A stretch of 56,054 nt of DNA, taken from the NCBI GenBank assembly GCA_013202205.1, contig JABMSB010000012.1, positions 1 to 56,054 of the forward strand, in the 5' to 3' direction. The stretch comes from Candidatus Omnitrophota bacterium (GTDB lineage Bacteria > Omnitrophota > Gorgyraeia > JABMSB01). The notes below the pieces were generated by a model, which was not told where the DNA came from, ran no database searches, and worked only from the letters and a program-made list of their open reading frames with translations. A program made the translations under genes and the position numbers. This document shows, piece after piece, positions 25,870-37,126 of this stretch (the stretch's first letter is position 1; each line of letters begins with the position of its first letter).

Positions 25870-26751
25870 ATGATACCGAAAGAAGTCCTTAAGAACGTCA
25901 GGCGTATTGAGATAACGACGAAGCGGCTCGTCAATGAGGTCTTCAGCGGCGAATATAAGTCGACCTTTAAGGGCCGTGGTATGGAATTCTCCGAGGTGCG
26001 CCAGTATGTGGTAGGGGATGATATACGATCCATAGACTGGAATGTCACCGCCAGGATGAACCAGCCTTTTGTCAAGAAGTTCGTCGAGGAACGCGAACTC
26101 TCCATAATATTTCTCTTCGATGTTTCGGCCTCAAGCTTCTTCGGCACCCGCAATAAGTTTAAGAGGGAGCTGGCCGCCGAAGTTGCGGCACTCCTGACCT
26201 TCAGCGCCATCCGCAATAACGACAAGGTCGGGCTTATAATCTTCAGCGACAGAATAGAGAAGTTCATCCCGCCAAAGAAGACATCTGTCCACGCACTGCA
26301 CGTAATAAGGGATCTCTTGTACTATAAGCCGAAAGGCAAGGGCACCGACATAGCTGCGGCCCTCAAGTACCTTAGTAAGGTCGCTACAAAGAGCTCCATC
26401 ATCTTCCTTATGTCTGATTTTATGGATGAGAATTTCAGGAGGCCCCTCTCCATTGCCAGCCGCAAGCACGATATAATAGCCATCAATGTATCCGACCCGG
26501 CAGAAGATATACTTTCATCTATCGGCTTGGTTGAGGTTGAGGATCTTGAGACCGGCAGGCGAAAGGTGATAGATACCCACGATAAGTCCGCTGTAAGAGA
26601 ATATAATAAAGTGCGTACCAAGCAACGCAATTCTCTCAGGGATCTCTTTGGCGCGGAAGACGTAGATTATATCGAGATGCGCACAGACGTGCCATATATA
26701 AATTCACTATTAGGTTTCTTCCGTAAAAGGGGAAAGCGTTACCGGCGATGA
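25870..26751 (+). CDS. DUF58 (vWA-like) protein
   Basis: FKGRGMEFSEVRQYVVGDDIRSIDWNVTAR, FVEERE, DVSAS, SDF. Confidence 0.95.
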   Translation: MIPKEVLKNVRRIEITTKRLVNEVFSGEYKSTFKGRGMEFSEVRQYVVGDDIRSIDWNVTARMNQPFVKKFVEERELSIIFLFDVSASSFFGTRNKFKRELAAEVAALLTFSAIRNNDKVGLIIFSDRIEKFIPPKKTSVHALHVIRDLLYYKPKGKGTDIAAALKYLSKVATKSSIIFLMSDFMDENFRRPLSIASRKHDIIAINVSDPAEDILSSIGLVEVEDLETGRRKVIDTHDKSAVREYNKVRTKQRNSLRDLFGAEDVDYIEMRTDVPYINSLLGFFRKRGKRYRR

Positions 26752-27773
26752 ATAAGGTAGTTACAATAATATCTGTATGTTGCTTAAGCCTATTGGCGGT
26801 TGTCTCAGGGGCTGAGGCCGGGCAACTCTTGGCTACGGCCATGGCAGATCGCACTACGATAAATGTCGGCGACCAGATAAGGCTTATACTCGAGCTTGAG
26901 GCTACCCCTGACGTAGAGGTCATATTGCCCACTGAAGTCGATTTCGGTGATTTAGAGCTTTTGGGTAAGAAGGTCCTTGACCCAAAACGGATGGAGACAG
27001 GTACAGTTGTACAAAAAATAGTATATACCCTCACAGTTTTCAAGACGGGCGATACGGCTATTTCGCCCATAAAGGTTGCCTATATAGATGGGGATAAAGA
27101 ACTCTCAACCTTAAGCCAGAGGATAGATATCCGCGTAGAGAGCGTGCTCAAGGGAGATCTGAAAGGTAAGGATATACGGCCGTTAAAAGGGCAGGTGTCA
27201 TTGGGCAGAGGAGTGGTATCCAATCTCTTAAGGGCTCTTTTGGCGCTTCTTTGTTTGGTCGGCGCCGTATACTTATTTTTATATATTAAAAGAAGACGGG
27301 ATGAGTTGGCGCAGAACCTGAAGGCCCCGGAGAGACCCCCGCACGAAGTAGCATATGAAGCACTCAACAAACTTAAAGAGTCCCCACTCCTTAAAGATGG
27401 GAAGGTAAAAGAGTATTATATAGAATTGAGCTGGATAGTCCGTTTCTATCTGGAGAAGAGGTTTAAGGTCTCTATGACTGACCGGACTACGGATGAGATA
27501 TTCCATATTATGCGGGAGAATAAGATAGAGCACAGTACTGTTGAGCTGGTACACGATTTTTTGGTTTCGAGTGATCTGGTAAAGTTTGCCAAGTGGACGC
27601 CGCTTCCGATAGGCATAACTAATGATACGAATAGGGGCTACAAAATAGTAGATACCACAAAGATAGAAGAGGTGGCCGAGGAGCCGGAAGATGCCAAATC
27701 GACAGAAAAGAAGGTCTATATCGGCGTCAAAAAGAGAAGAAATGTAAAGAGGGGGAAAGGCCAGAACAAGTAA
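26748..27773 (+). CDS. Bat-operon membrane protein (signal peptide, BatD-like Ig domain, TM, PPHEVAY cytoplasmic domain)
   Basis: Signal-like N-terminus, DIRPLKG, TM segment, LSWIVRFYLE, TTDE, DLVKFAK; sits between DUF58 and batA. Confidence 0.75.
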   Translation: MNKVVTIISVCCLSLLAVVSGAEAGQLLATAMADRTTINVGDQIRLILELEATPDVEVILPTEVDFGDLELLGKKVLDPKRMETGTVVQKIVYTLTVFKTGDTAISPIKVAYIDGDKELSTLSQRIDIRVESVLKGDLKGKDIRPLKGQVSLGRGVVSNLLRALLALLCLVGAVYLFLYIKRRRDELAQNLKAPERPPHEVAYEALNKLKESPLLKDGKVKEYYIELSWIVRFYLEKRFKVSMTDRTTDEIFHIMRENKIEHSTVELVHDFLVSSDLVKFAKWTPLPIGITNDTNRGYKIVDTTKIEEVAEEPEDAKSTEKKVYIGVKKRRNVKRGKGQNK

Positions 27774-28763
27774 ATGAGATTCTTAAATCCACTATTCCTT
27801 ATCCTGCTAATTCTCGTGCCGGTCATCGTTTTGGTAAAGGTGACCTTATTTAAAAAAGGCGACCCCAGCATCGGCTACAGCACACTCTCGGCAATGGATA
27901 AGTTTAAGCCGTCATTGCGCCTTGGCTTAAGACGAATACCGCTATTTTTAAGATATACAGCGCTTGTATTGCTGGTCGTGGCAATGGCCCGGCCACAGGC
28001 AGGCCTTACCAAAAGGGAGATCACCTCACACGGCATAGACATAATGCTTGTGCTCGATACATCCGGAAGCATGCAGGCGCTCGACTTCCAGCCCAAGAAC
28101 AGGCTTATGGCTGCCAAGGAGGTTATAAAGGATTTCATAAGCGGCCGCAGGGAAGATAGGATTGGATTGGTCGTATTTTCAAAAGGTGCTTTTACGCAAT
28201 GTCCCCTTACGCTCGACTATGATATTCTTCTTAAATTAGTCGATAGGGTTGACTTCGGCATGATGGAAGACGGGACTGCCATAGGGAGTGCCATATCGGT
28301 CGCGGTAAATCGTTTGAAAAGCTCTAAGGCAAAGTCGAGGGTCATAATCCTTCTCACAGACGGCATAAATAATGCCGGCAAGGTCGATCCTTTTACAGCA
28401 GCAAAAATAGCTACCAGTTTTGGCATAAAGATATATACGATAGGTGCAGGGAAGCCCGGCCCGACGATGCTGCCTATCAATGATCCCGTATACGGTAAAC
28501 GCATCGTTAAGGCCGAAATAGAACTCGATGAGGATACCCTTACCAAGGTTGCGAGGGAGACGGGGGGGTTATATTTCAGGGCAAAAGACGAACGCGCGCT
28601 TAAAGGGATCTATGAACGCATAAGTAAGATGGAGAAGGTGGAGATAAAGTCGCGCACCTTTGCGCAATATAAGGAGGTTGCGCCGAAGCTATTGGCCCCG
28701 GCTATCATGCTCTTATTGCTCGAGATATTATTGAGTAATACGGTGTTTAAGAAGTTGCCATAA
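27774..28763 (+). CDS. batA: vWA-domain protein BatA
   Basis: GIDIMLVLDTSGSM (MIDAS), DRIGLVVF, QCPLTLD, GTAIG, LTDGINNAG, IYTIG, TGGLYFRA. Confidence 0.9.
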   Translation: MRFLNPLFLILLILVPVIVLVKVTLFKKGDPSIGYSTLSAMDKFKPSLRLGLRRIPLFLRYTALVLLVVAMARPQAGLTKREITSHGIDIMLVLDTSGSMQALDFQPKNRLMAAKEVIKDFISGRREDRIGLVVFSKGAFTQCPLTLDYDILLKLVDRVDFGMMEDGTAIGSAISVAVNRLKSSKAKSRVIILLTDGINNAGKVDPFTAAKIATSFGIKIYTIGAGKPGPTMLPINDPVYGKRIVKAEIELDEDTLTKVARETGGLYFRAKDERALKGIYERISKMEKVEIKSRTFAQYKEVAPKLLAPAIMLLLLEILLSNTVFKKLP

Positions 28764-28782
28764 AGGAAGCCCTTATTTTCTT

Positions 28783-29787
28783 ATGAGATTCGCGAATCCT
28801 GAAATACTAAATTTTCTTTGGTTGGTTCCGCTGCTCTTTATTCTGCTCAGGGCCTGGGCAGGGGGACGCCGAAAACTTCTCCTAAAAGTAGCAGACCTCT
28901 CGCTGATAGAGCGCCTGACCGCTTCTGTAAGTTATAAGAAACGCCTTGCGAAACAGATCCTATTTGTCTTGTCTATCTTCTTTTTGATAGTTGCGCTGGC
29001 GCGGCCCCAATTTGGCGAGAAGAATATAAAACTTAAGCGGTTAGGTATAGATGTGGCGATACTCCTTGATACATCGCTCTCTATGCTGGCGGAGGACATT
29101 AAGCCGAATCGCTTGGAAAAGGCAAAATTTGAGATCCAGTTACTCATAGAGAAGCTCGAAGGCGACCGCATAAGCATAGCCGTATTCAGCGGAAGCCCTA
29201 TGGTGATATGTCCCCCTACGCTCGACTACGAAGCTGCCGCAATGTTTTTAGATGTGATAAATGCTGATATGGCTCCTACACCGGGGACTATGATGGGGCT
29301 TGCAATAGATTCCGCAACACGCCTATTTGATCCAAAGGAGAAGAAATACAAGGTAGTGATACTCATATCTGACGGTGAAGATCAGGGTAGCGATCCTATA
29401 GGCGCGGCAAGGCGCGCATATAGGCAGGGGGTCAGGATATTTACCATAGGCATAGGGTCGAAAGAGGGAGAGCCTATACCCCTAAAGGATGAGAAGGGCA
29501 GGACCACGGGCTATAAGAAGGATAAGTCAGGCGCGGTCGTCCTGACAAAGTTGGGCATTGATACCCTTATGGGCATAGCCGGCGCAGCAGGAGGCGCGTA
29601 TTACACTGCTTCACAGGGTGAATGGGGGCTCGATAAGATATACAGCGCTATGCAGAAGCTTGAGAAGAAGGAGCTGCGGGAGGAGTTTGGACATCAGTAT
29701 GAGGATAGGTTCCAATACCCGCTCGGCCTGGCATTGATACTGCTTATTGTTGAGGCCCTGATTCCTGAACGGCGTAAGGTGAAATAG
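28783..29787 (+). CDS. batB: vWA-domain protein BatB
   Basis: ALARPQFG, LDTSLSMLAEDIKPNRL, ISDGEDQ, FTIGIGS.EGEPIP. Confidence 0.9.
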   Translation: MRFANPEILNFLWLVPLLFILLRAWAGGRRKLLLKVADLSLIERLTASVSYKKRLAKQILFVLSIFFLIVALARPQFGEKNIKLKRLGIDVAILLDTSLSMLAEDIKPNRLEKAKFEIQLLIEKLEGDRISIAVFSGSPMVICPPTLDYEAAAMFLDVINADMAPTPGTMMGLAIDSATRLFDPKEKKYKVVILISDGEDQGSDPIGAARRAYRQGVRIFTIGIGSKEGEPIPLKDEKGRTTGYKKDKSGAVVLTKLGIDTLMGIAGAAGGAYYTASQGEWGLDKIYSAMQKLEKKELREEFGHQYEDRFQYPLGLALILLIVEALIPERRKVK

Positions 29788-29790
29788 ATT

Positions 29791-30708
29791 ATGCGTATAG
29801 TCAAAATGATAGCTATAATAACAATCGGTTTCTTCCTGGTAGGATGGATTGGTGTGGCCGATGAGGTGAATAAGGCGAACAGGCTCTATATGGAAGGCGG
29901 CCTTGATGAGGCGCTTAAGGATTACAGGGAGGCCCAGATAGAGGCTCCGGACAAAAAAGAGATAGACTACAATATAGGGAATGTCCTGTATAAGAAGAGG
30001 GATTACGAAGAGTCGAAGAAGTCTTACGAAAAAGCCACTAAATCAGAAGATGAGACCTTAAGGCATAAGACGCATTACAACCTCGGTAATACAAATTTTC
30101 GGGAAGGGGATTACGAAACGGCCATAGAGAGCTATAAGGATGCGCTCAGGATGAACGAGTTTGACATGGATGCGAAGTTTAACCTCGAGCTGTCCATGAA
30201 ACGCCTGGAAGAGGAAGAGAAGAAAGAAGAGGAAGAGAAGAAGAAAGAGGAAGAAGAAGAAAAGAAGAAGGAGAAAGATAAGAAAGACGAGAAGGAAAAA
30301 GATAAGGATAAGAAAAAAGATAAGGAGAAAGAAGATAAAGAGGAAGAAGAGAAAGAGGATGAGAAGGAGAAGCCGGATCAGAAGAATCAGCCAGACCAAC
30401 AGGATCAGGAAAGAGAGAAAGAGAAGAACCCGATAGATCAGAAAGAGCAGGGGGAGAGACCGGAAGACGAGAAGGAGAAGGATAAAGAAGAAGAGAAGAA
30501 ATTGGGAGATGAACAACCGGAGTCCCAGAAGAAAGAGAAAGAAGAGAAGGAAGAAGAGGAGCAGCAGGCCCCGCAATCCCAAAGAGAGAAGCCGATATCT
30601 GAGGAGGACGCCGAACGCATCCTGAATGCCCTGCAGGAGGATGAGAAGAATTACCTCGGTTCAAAGAAGGACCAGCAGAAACGCTGGAAGGTTGAAAAAG
30701 ATTGGTAA
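29791..30708 (+). CDS. batC: TPR protein BatC with a charged low-complexity linker
   Basis: YNIGNVLY, HYNLGNTNF, AKFNLEL; E/K/D/Q-rich tract; AERILNAL...EKDW C-terminus. Confidence 0.88.
   Translation: MRIVKMIAIITIGFFLVGWIGVADEVNKANRLYMEGGLDEALKDYREAQIEAPDKKEIDYNIGNVLYKKRDYEESKKSYEKATKSEDETLRHKTHYNLGNTNFREGDYETAIESYKDALRMNEFDMDAKFNLELSMKRLEEEEKKEEEEKKKEEEEEKKKEKDKKDEKEKDKDKKKDKEKEDKEEEEKEDEKEKPDQKNQPDQQDQEREKEKNPIDQKEQGERPEDEKEKDKEEEKKLGDEQPESQKKEKEEKEEEEQQAPQSQREKPISEEDAERILNALQEDEKNYLGSKKDQQKRWKVEKDW
30208..30560 (+). repeat. Purine-rich low-complexity coding tract (E/K/D/Q)
   Basis: Runs of GAA/GAG/AAG/AAA/GAT codons inside batC; boundaries approximate. Confidence 0.8.
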
Positions 30709-30720
30709 ATGTAGTAAAAT

Positions 30721-33399
30721 ATGGGTCCTATGATTAAGAGATTATTTTTAATAATTCTAACTTTTCTGATTGCCGGATCTGCGGCCGCGCAGGATATTAT
30801 CTTTGATGCGGATGTGGATAAGGACAGCATAACGATGAATGAGCAGATGCTTCTTACCCTGACTGTAAGGGGCAGTGTCCAGAACATGGGCAGGCCGCAG
30901 ATGCCGAATATAGACGGGTTTTCAATATACTCGAGCGGCAATTCTCAGAATATATCGATCATACAGGGTAGGGTTTCGAGCCTATTTGCCTATAACTATA
31001 CCCTGATACCAAAGCGGCCGGGTAAGTTTACGATAGGTTCCTGCTATATAGATGTTGGTGGTAGAAGTTACAAGACAAATCCTATCGCGGTCGAAGTCGT
31101 CTCTGGTTCTGTAAGCGGCAAAGTACCACCACCCAAAGTGTCGCCTACACCGCCATCCGTAAGTCCGCGTTCGCGGCGGCCATCGAGAATCACTACAGAG
31201 GCAGGAGGCGATGAGAACCTCTTTATCGTAGCCGAGGTCGACAAATATAGAGCTTATGTAAATGAACAGATAACGCTTACATTTTACTTTTATCGCGCGG
31301 TAAGGCTTCTCGAGAATCCCGAATACGCGCCACCCGATACAACGGGATTTTGGGTTGAGGACCTGCCTCCCCAGAAGAATTACTACGATACAGTAGGCGG
31401 CAAGAGATATTTGGTCGCGGAGCTTAAGACAGCACTCTTCCCGACATCTCCGGGTAAATATGAGATAGGTCCGGCTACTCTACGCTGTATAGTCGAGACG
31501 AGAGGAAGGGGATCTGTCTTTGAGATGGACCCGTTCGATATATTCCACCGGGACATCTCAGACCTATTTGGGGGTGGTAAGGCAGTTATGCTAAAATCGA
31601 GGCCGATAGATATAGAGGTCCTGCCGCTCCCCGAAGAAGGTAAACCAAAAGAGTTTGCAGGCAGTGTCGGTGATTACCAGGTAAGCGCATCTTTGGATAA
31701 GGCCGAAGTGGAGGCCACGCAGCCCGTAACATTGGAGCTGCGCGTAAAAGGCAAAGGTAATGTGAAGACGGTAGCGAAACCGGAACTCCCGGCAATGGCA
31801 AACTTTAAGACGTATGATTCAGGGAGTACGACGAATACATCGAAGGAGAGCTATACCGTCCAGGGAGAGAAGATATTCAAATATATACTTATACCAAAGA
31901 AGGAAGGTAAATACGACATACCGGGGTTGGATCTTACCTATTTCGATCCGGACAAACGCAAATATATCACGAAGGCGGCAAATTCCCTTCATCTATCCGT
32001 TGCGCCGGCGCCCAAAGACGCAAAGGCGGGGCCGATGATAAGCTTCACCCCGGAAAAAGAGTCGGTCCGTTTTTTAGGGCGCGACATACATTATATAAGG
32101 CCCGAGATAGGGTCCCTAGAGACCAAGCACTGGTTGACGCGCCAGGTAGCCGCATCAATACTCGGCATACCAGCGTTCCTATTTTTGATAGCGCTTGCCT
32201 ATAATAGGCATAGCAGTCGGTTGGCTACAGATACAAGTTATGCGCGCCATACGAGGGCCCAGCGCAGGGCAAAGAACATGTTAAGACGGGCGAACGCGCT
32301 TCTCGGTAAGGCAAAGTCAAAAGAATTTACCTCTGCTTTATGGAAGGCGCTATCGGAATATATAGCCGATAGATTGAATGTCCCTCCCGCTACCATCAAT
32401 GCCGACTATGTGAGAGATGAGTTGACGAAACGCGATGTTGCCAGTAGCATAGTAGATATGGCAAATGACTGTTGCCAGGAGCTTGAGGTAGCACAATTTG
32501 CGCCGATGGAACCAAACGAAGCGTCACTCCGCTCCCTGCTTGATAAGACCGAGGAGGTTATAGTGGAATTGGAGCGCTCTAAGTTCTACAAAAAGAAGAA
32601 GAACGGCCAAGGCAAAAAGATAATAGGCCTTATCGTCGTGTTATTAATCGCGCAAGGAGTCTTCTTATCTCTTGCTTCCTTTGCTGAACCGGATGTTGCT
32701 GAAGGGTCTCCTTATGAGGTCCTCTTCGGTGAGGCGAACGAGGCATATAAGGCGCAGGATTACCAAAGGGCGATCTCAACATATGGAGAGATACTCGACC
32801 GTGGCATCATATCGGTCAATATATATTACAACCTGGGCAATACATATTACAAGCTCGGCGAACTTGCTCCCGCTATCTTAAATTACGAACGTGGATTAAA
32901 GATCAATCCCGGTGACGCTCAACTGATAGATAACCTTGCCCTGGCCCGTTCCCGTACGGTCGACAAGATAACGGTTGCCGGGAAGAATTATCTGGTATGG
33001 CTGACCGAAAGGCTATTAGGGTTGCTTCCTTACAGGTCCTTTGCCGTCTTTACGCTGGTGGTCTATCTATTATTTATGATTATCGCAATATCAGGTCTAT
33101 TATCAAGGCCTGCAAGGCCGCAGGTCTTTAAGGCCGCTGTTATCTTAGGATGCATATTTATAGCCGGATTACTGTTATTTATGACCGACAGATATTTGGA
33201 GAAGAACCGGATACCCGCTATCGCTATGAAAGAGGAAATCCCTGTGCGTTATGGACCGTCGGAAGCCGATACGATAGCCTTTAATGTGCACAGCGGTACG
33301 AAGGTCTTTATCACCGGTTCTGAGGGTAGCTGGTATCAGATAAGGCTGGAGAGCAACGAAGGCGGCTGGGTCAATATGGAGGCGCTGGAGAAGATTTAA
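30721..33399 (+). CDS. batD: BatD-BatE fusion (BatD Ig domains, TM, TPR, SH3)
   Basis: BatD-like repeats, TM near aa 480, a second signal-like segment, [12 protein letters not shown], and a C-terminal SH3-like WYQIRL...GWV. Confidence 0.85.
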   Translation: MGPMIKRLFLIILTFLIAGSAAAQDIIFDADVDKDSITMNEQMLLTLTVRGSVQNMGRPQMPNIDGFSIYSSGNSQNISIIQGRVSSLFAYNYTLIPKRPGKFTIGSCYIDVGGRSYKTNPIAVEVVSGSVSGKVPPPKVSPTPPSVSPRSRRPSRITTEAGGDENLFIVAEVDKYRAYVNEQITLTFYFYRAVRLLENPEYAPPDTTGFWVEDLPPQKNYYDTVGGKRYLVAELKTALFPTSPGKYEIGPATLRCIVETRGRGSVFEMDPFDIFHRDISDLFGGGKAVMLKSRPIDIEVLPLPEEGKPKEFAGSVGDYQVSASLDKAEVEATQPVTLELRVKGKGNVKTVAKPELPAMANFKTYDSGSTTNTSKESYTVQGEKIFKYILIPKKEGKYDIPGLDLTYFDPDKRKYITKAANSLHLSVAPAPKDAKAGPMISFTPEKESVRFLGRDIHYIRPEIGSLETKHWLTRQVAASILGIPAFLFLIALAYNRHSSRLATDTSYARHTRAQRRAKNMLRRANALLGKAKSKEFTSALWKALSEYIADRLNVPPATINADYVRDELTKRDVASSIVDMANDCCQELEVAQFAPMEPNEASLRSLLDKTEEVIVELERSKFYKKKKNGQGKKIIGLIVVLLIAQGVFLSLASFAEPDVAEGSPYEVLFGEANEAYKAQDYQRAISTYGEILDRGIISVNIYYNLGNTYYKLGELAPAILNYERGLKINPGDAQLIDNLALARSRTVDKITVAGKNYLVWLTERLLGLLPYRSFAVFTLVVYLLFMIIAISGLLSRPARPQVFKAAVILGCIFIAGLLLFMTDRYLEKNRIPAIAMKEEIPVRYGPSEADTIAFNVHSGTKVFITGSEGSWYQIRLESNEGGWVNMEALEKI

Positions 33400-33413
33400 A
33401 CGGAGGGATCAAG

Positions 33414-33449
33414 ATGGCAAAGAAGAAAGCCTTCAAGCAGATCTCATGA
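33414..33449 (+). CDS. Putative 11-aa upstream micro-[14 protein letters not shown] coupled to mnmG
   Basis: GGAGG SD at 33402-33406; its TGA overlaps the mnmG ATG (ATGA). Confidence 0.35.
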   Translation: MAKKKAFKQIS

Positions 33450-35263
33450 AGATATTCGATATTATTGTTGTTGGCGCAGGACATGCCGGCGTCGAAGCTG
33501 CCCTCGCAGCCTCGAGAATGGGATCGTCTGTCTGCATGGTGACGATGAGCCTCGACACTATAGGTTTCATGTCTTGCAATCCCGCTATCGGAGGCCTGGC
33601 CAAGGGGCAGCTCGTCAAGGAGTTAGATGCGCTCGGCGGTGAGATGGGTAAAGCCACAGACCGCACCGGCATACAATTCCGCACCCTCAATGCCTCGAAG
33701 GGGCCGGCAGTACGTTCCTCACGCGCACAGGTCGATAGGCAAAGATACCGCCTTTACATGAAGTCGGTCGTTGAAAACCAGGATCGCCTCGAGATAAAAG
33801 AGGGTATGGTCGATAGGCTTATCGTAGAGGAAGAAAGAATAAGAGGTATCGTTACGGAAATGGAGGAGGAGATCCGCGCTAAGGCGGTCGTGCTCACACC
33901 GGGCACGTTCCTTAACGGTTTAATGCATATAGGGCTTAAGAGCTTTCCCGGAGGACGGATTGGGGAGAGGGCATCGGAAGGTTTACCAAACTATCTTCGC
34001 ACCCTCGGATTTACCATAGGAAGGCTTAAGACAGGGACCACACCGCGGCTCGATGGCAGGACCATAAATTTCTCACACCTTAAGGCTCAACATAGTGACG
34101 ACCCTCCAAACCCATTTTCATTTTCGACAAAAAAGATCACGCAGGAGCAGCTCCCCTGTTTTATAACATATACCAACACCCGTACGCACCAGATTATTCG
34201 GGAGGGTTTCGATAGATCACCCCTTTATACAGGCGTGATTAAATCGACAGGAGTAAGATACTGCCCCTCGATAGAGGATAAGGTGGTACGTTTTTCAGAA
34301 CGAGAGAGGCACCAGATATTTCTTGAGCCCGAAGGGCTTGATACATATGAATATTATCCCAATGGTATCTCGACGAGCCTGCCCCTTGATGTCCAGGAGG
34401 CGATGATCCATTCGATTGAGGGGCTGGAAGAGGCGCGGATTACCCGTGCAGGATACGGCATAGAATATGATTTTGCCGACGCAAGAGAGCTCTATCCGAC
34501 ACTAGAGACGAAAAGAATCAAAGGATTATATTTCGCAGGCCAGATAAATGGTACTACAGGGTATGAAGAGGCAGCAGCCCAAGGGTTCGTAGCCGGCGTG
34601 AATGCTGCACTGAAGGTTAAAGGTAGCGAACCATTCATCCTTGACAGGTCTCAAGGATATATAGGTGTTTTGATAGATGATCTTGTGACCAAGGGTACGA
34701 ATGAGCCATATAGAATGTTTACCTCGCGCGCGGAATATCGGTTGGTGTTACGAGAGGACAACGCGGATCTGCGGCTTAAGCCCTTGGGGTATCGGCTTGG
34801 CCTCATAGCAAAAGATGATTACGAAAGTGTAGTGCTGAAACAGAAGAGGGTAGAGGCAGAGCTCCGGCGCCTCAAAACAACATTTGCAGGCGGCGTGAGC
34901 CTTGAGAAATTTTTGCGCAGGCCCGGCGCGACTTACAGGGATATCATCGACACAGGAAAGGGCGACAGCAATCTGAATGAAAAAGAGATCTTTCAGGTTG
35001 AGGTGAGCGCAAAGTACCACGGGTTTATTGAGAGGCAGGCGCGCGATATAGAATCCTTTAAAAAGCTGGAGAGGATCAATATACCGCCGGAGTTCGATTA
35101 TGAGAGGATGCCGAGTCTCTCAAAAGAGGTGAAGGAGAAGCTTGATGCCGCACGGCCATTATCCCTTGGACAGGCCTCGCGCATCTCCGGCATAACGCCC
35201 GTGGCTATATCGGTGCTTATGGTCTATCTCAAACGGGCGAGGGAGCTGAATGTCAAAAGATAA
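33446..35263 (+). CDS. mnmG: tRNA uridine-5-carboxymethylaminomethyl(34) synthesis enzyme
   Basis: [75 protein letters not shown]. Confidence 0.97.
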   Translation: MKIFDIIVVGAGHAGVEAALAASRMGSSVCMVTMSLDTIGFMSCNPAIGGLAKGQLVKELDALGGEMGKATDRTGIQFRTLNASKGPAVRSSRAQVDRQRYRLYMKSVVENQDRLEIKEGMVDRLIVEEERIRGIVTEMEEEIRAKAVVLTPGTFLNGLMHIGLKSFPGGRIGERASEGLPNYLRTLGFTIGRLKTGTTPRLDGRTINFSHLKAQHSDDPPNPFSFSTKKITQEQLPCFITYTNTRTHQIIREGFDRSPLYTGVIKSTGVRYCPSIEDKVVRFSERERHQIFLEPEGLDTYEYYPNGISTSLPLDVQEAMIHSIEGLEEARITRAGYGIEYDFADARELYPTLETKRIKGLYFAGQINGTTGYEEAAAQGFVAGVNAALKVKGSEPFILDRSQGYIGVLIDDLVTKGTNEPYRMFTSRAEYRLVLREDNADLRLKPLGYRLGLIAKDDYESVVLKQKRVEAELRRLKTTFAGGVSLEKFLRRPGATYRDIIDTGKGDSNLNEKEIFQVEVSAKYHGFIERQARDIESFKKLERINIPPEFDYERMPSLSKEVKEKLDAARPLSLGQASRISGITPVAISVLMVYLKRARELNVKR

Positions 35264-35906
35264 TTACAGAAAAGTAAAAGAGTTTGCAATACAAAACGGC
35301 GCGGCGCTCTTTGGCGCAGCCCCGACGAGCGCGCTTGGAGGTAACGTTTTAGATATCGATATCAAGGGTTTCGACAGTGCCATATCGATGGCCGTTCGGC
35401 TTTCAAAATCTATTCTAGATACGCTCATCGACCATCCGACGAAACTTTATTACCACCATTACCGGCAGGCAAATATGTTTCTGGACCGGTTGGCTTTTAC
35501 AATAGCAAATTTTATTCAGGAGGCGGGTTTTCAAGCGCTTCCTGTTCCGGCTTCACAGATCGTAGACTGGGAGAACCAAAAAGCGCACCTCTCCCACAAG
35601 GCTGTTGCTGAAGCTGCGGGGCTGGGATGGATAGGCAGAAATAATTTGCTTGTAAATCCTGAGCTTGGCGCGCAGATTCGCCTTATAACCATTTTGACAG
35701 ACATGCCTCTTATTTCGGATGGGCCAATTAAAGATAGTTGCGGCGATTGCCACGATTGCGTGGATGCCTGCCCAGCCGGAGCGATCAAGAAGGATCTTAA
35801 AGATTTCGATCATCAGGCCTGTTATCAAAAGCTTAAGGAATTTCGAAAGCTCGGGTTTACGGATCAATTTATTTGTGGAATCTGCGTCAAAAATTGCCAT
35901 CCTTAG
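35250..35906 (+). CDS. Short epoxyqueuosine reductase (QueG)/reductive dehalogenase-like 4Fe-4S protein
   Basis: [49 protein letters not shown]. Confidence 0.75.
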   Translation: MSKDNYRKVKEFAIQNGAALFGAAPTSALGGNVLDIDIKGFDSAISMAVRLSKSILDTLIDHPTKLYYHHYRQANMFLDRLAFTIANFIQEAGFQALPVPASQIVDWENQKAHLSHKAVAEAAGLGWIGRNNLLVNPELGAQIRLITILTDMPLISDGPIKDSCGDCHDCVDACPAGAIKKDLKDFDHQACYQKLKEFRKLGFTDQFICGICVKNCHP

Positions 35907-35943
35907 CTCTATATTATACCTAAATAAATATATAAAATAGCCA

Positions 35944-35972
35944 TTGACGCCCTCTTGTTATTTTGTTAAAAT
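35944..35972 (+). promoter_or_regulatory. Sigma70 promoter with extended -10 for the carA-pur operon
   Basis: TTGACG-N17-TAAAAT, with TG at 35964-35965. Confidence 0.75.
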
Positions 35973-35993
35973 ATTGCCTAAATTAGTAAGGAG

Positions 35994-37126
35994 ATGATGA
36001 GCAGAAGCGCGTTACTTGTACTTGAGGATGGCACCACCTTTGAAGGGACATCTTTCGGCGCTGAAGGAGAAGTCACAGGAGAAGCTATCTTCAATACGGC
36101 AATGACCGGCTACCAGGAGGTCCTTACAGATCCTTCTTATAAGGGCCAGATGGTAGCGATGACGTACCCATTGATCGGCAATTATGGCACGAATCCCTCC
36201 GATGTAGAATCCAGAAGCATATTCCTGCAAGCCTTAATAATTAAAGAACTTAGCGCAATACCCAGCAACTTCAGATCGAAGTGGACCCTTGATCAATACC
36301 TGAAAGATGGCGGCATTATGGGTATTCAGGGGGTTGATACCCGCGCCTTAACCAGGCATATAAGAATCCAGGGGGCAATGAAGGGGATCCTCTCTACCAA
36401 GGATCTCGATTCGGCCAGCTTAACCAAGAAGGCAAAGGATTCACCGGGCCTCATAGGCCGGGACCTGGTTAAGGAAGTCACCTGCGACAAGGAGTATGAA
36501 TGGCGGATGGACAATTGGGATTTTGGGTTAACGATACAAAAGCCCAAGGGTAAACGTAAGTTCTCAGTTATAGCTTATGACTTTGGTATAAAGTATAACA
36601 TTTTGCGTCTACTCGAGATGTATGGCTGCAAGGTTACGGTAGTTCCCGCAAAGACTAAAGCAAAATACGTCCTCTCCAAAGATCCGGATGGCATATTCCT
36701 CTCAAACGGCCCCGGCGATCCCGCAGCCGTCTCTTATGCGATAGAAGAGGTGCGACAGCTTTTCGGGAAGAAGCCGATATTCGGCATATGCCTGGCCACC
36801 AGATACTCGGTCTCGCACTGGGAGGCAAGACATACAAGCTTAAATTCGGACATCACGGCGGCAACCAGCCCGTGATGGACCTCAAGACGAAGAAGGTCGC
36901 CATAACGGCCCAGAACCACGGATTTGCCGTCGATATAAAATCGATAAAGGATAAGGACGTGGAGCTTACACATATCAATTTGAACGATAAGACGGCCGAA
37001 GGGTTGCGCCATAAAAAGTACCCTCTCTTTGGTGTACAGTACCATCCCGAGGCAGGACCCGGGCCCCACGACGCTACGTATCTTTTTGAAGAATTCATCA
37101 AAATGATGGAGAAGAAAGATGGCTAG
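35994..37126 (+). pseudogene. carA: Carbamoyl-phosphate synthase small subunit split by a 1-nt deletion (pseudogene or sequence error)
   Basis: The 5' ORF has [24 protein letters not shown] and FGICL, then loses frame. The other frame continues [10 protein letters not shown]...HHGGNQPV...AQNHGF...[11 protein letters not shown]. One G is missing at about 36794-36795; adding it gives about 377 aa. Confidence 0.92.

Noticed and set aside
30058-30582. Minus-strand 174-aa Phe/Leu-rich ORF resembling a membrane protein (and the Ser/Pro/Leu-rich ORF 30179-30664)
   Set aside because: These are the antisense shadow of the E/K/D low-complexity tract of batC.
30813-30821. Perfect DnaA box TGTGGATAA inside batD
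   Set aside because: Single occurrence within coding sequence (DVDK); compatible with chance.
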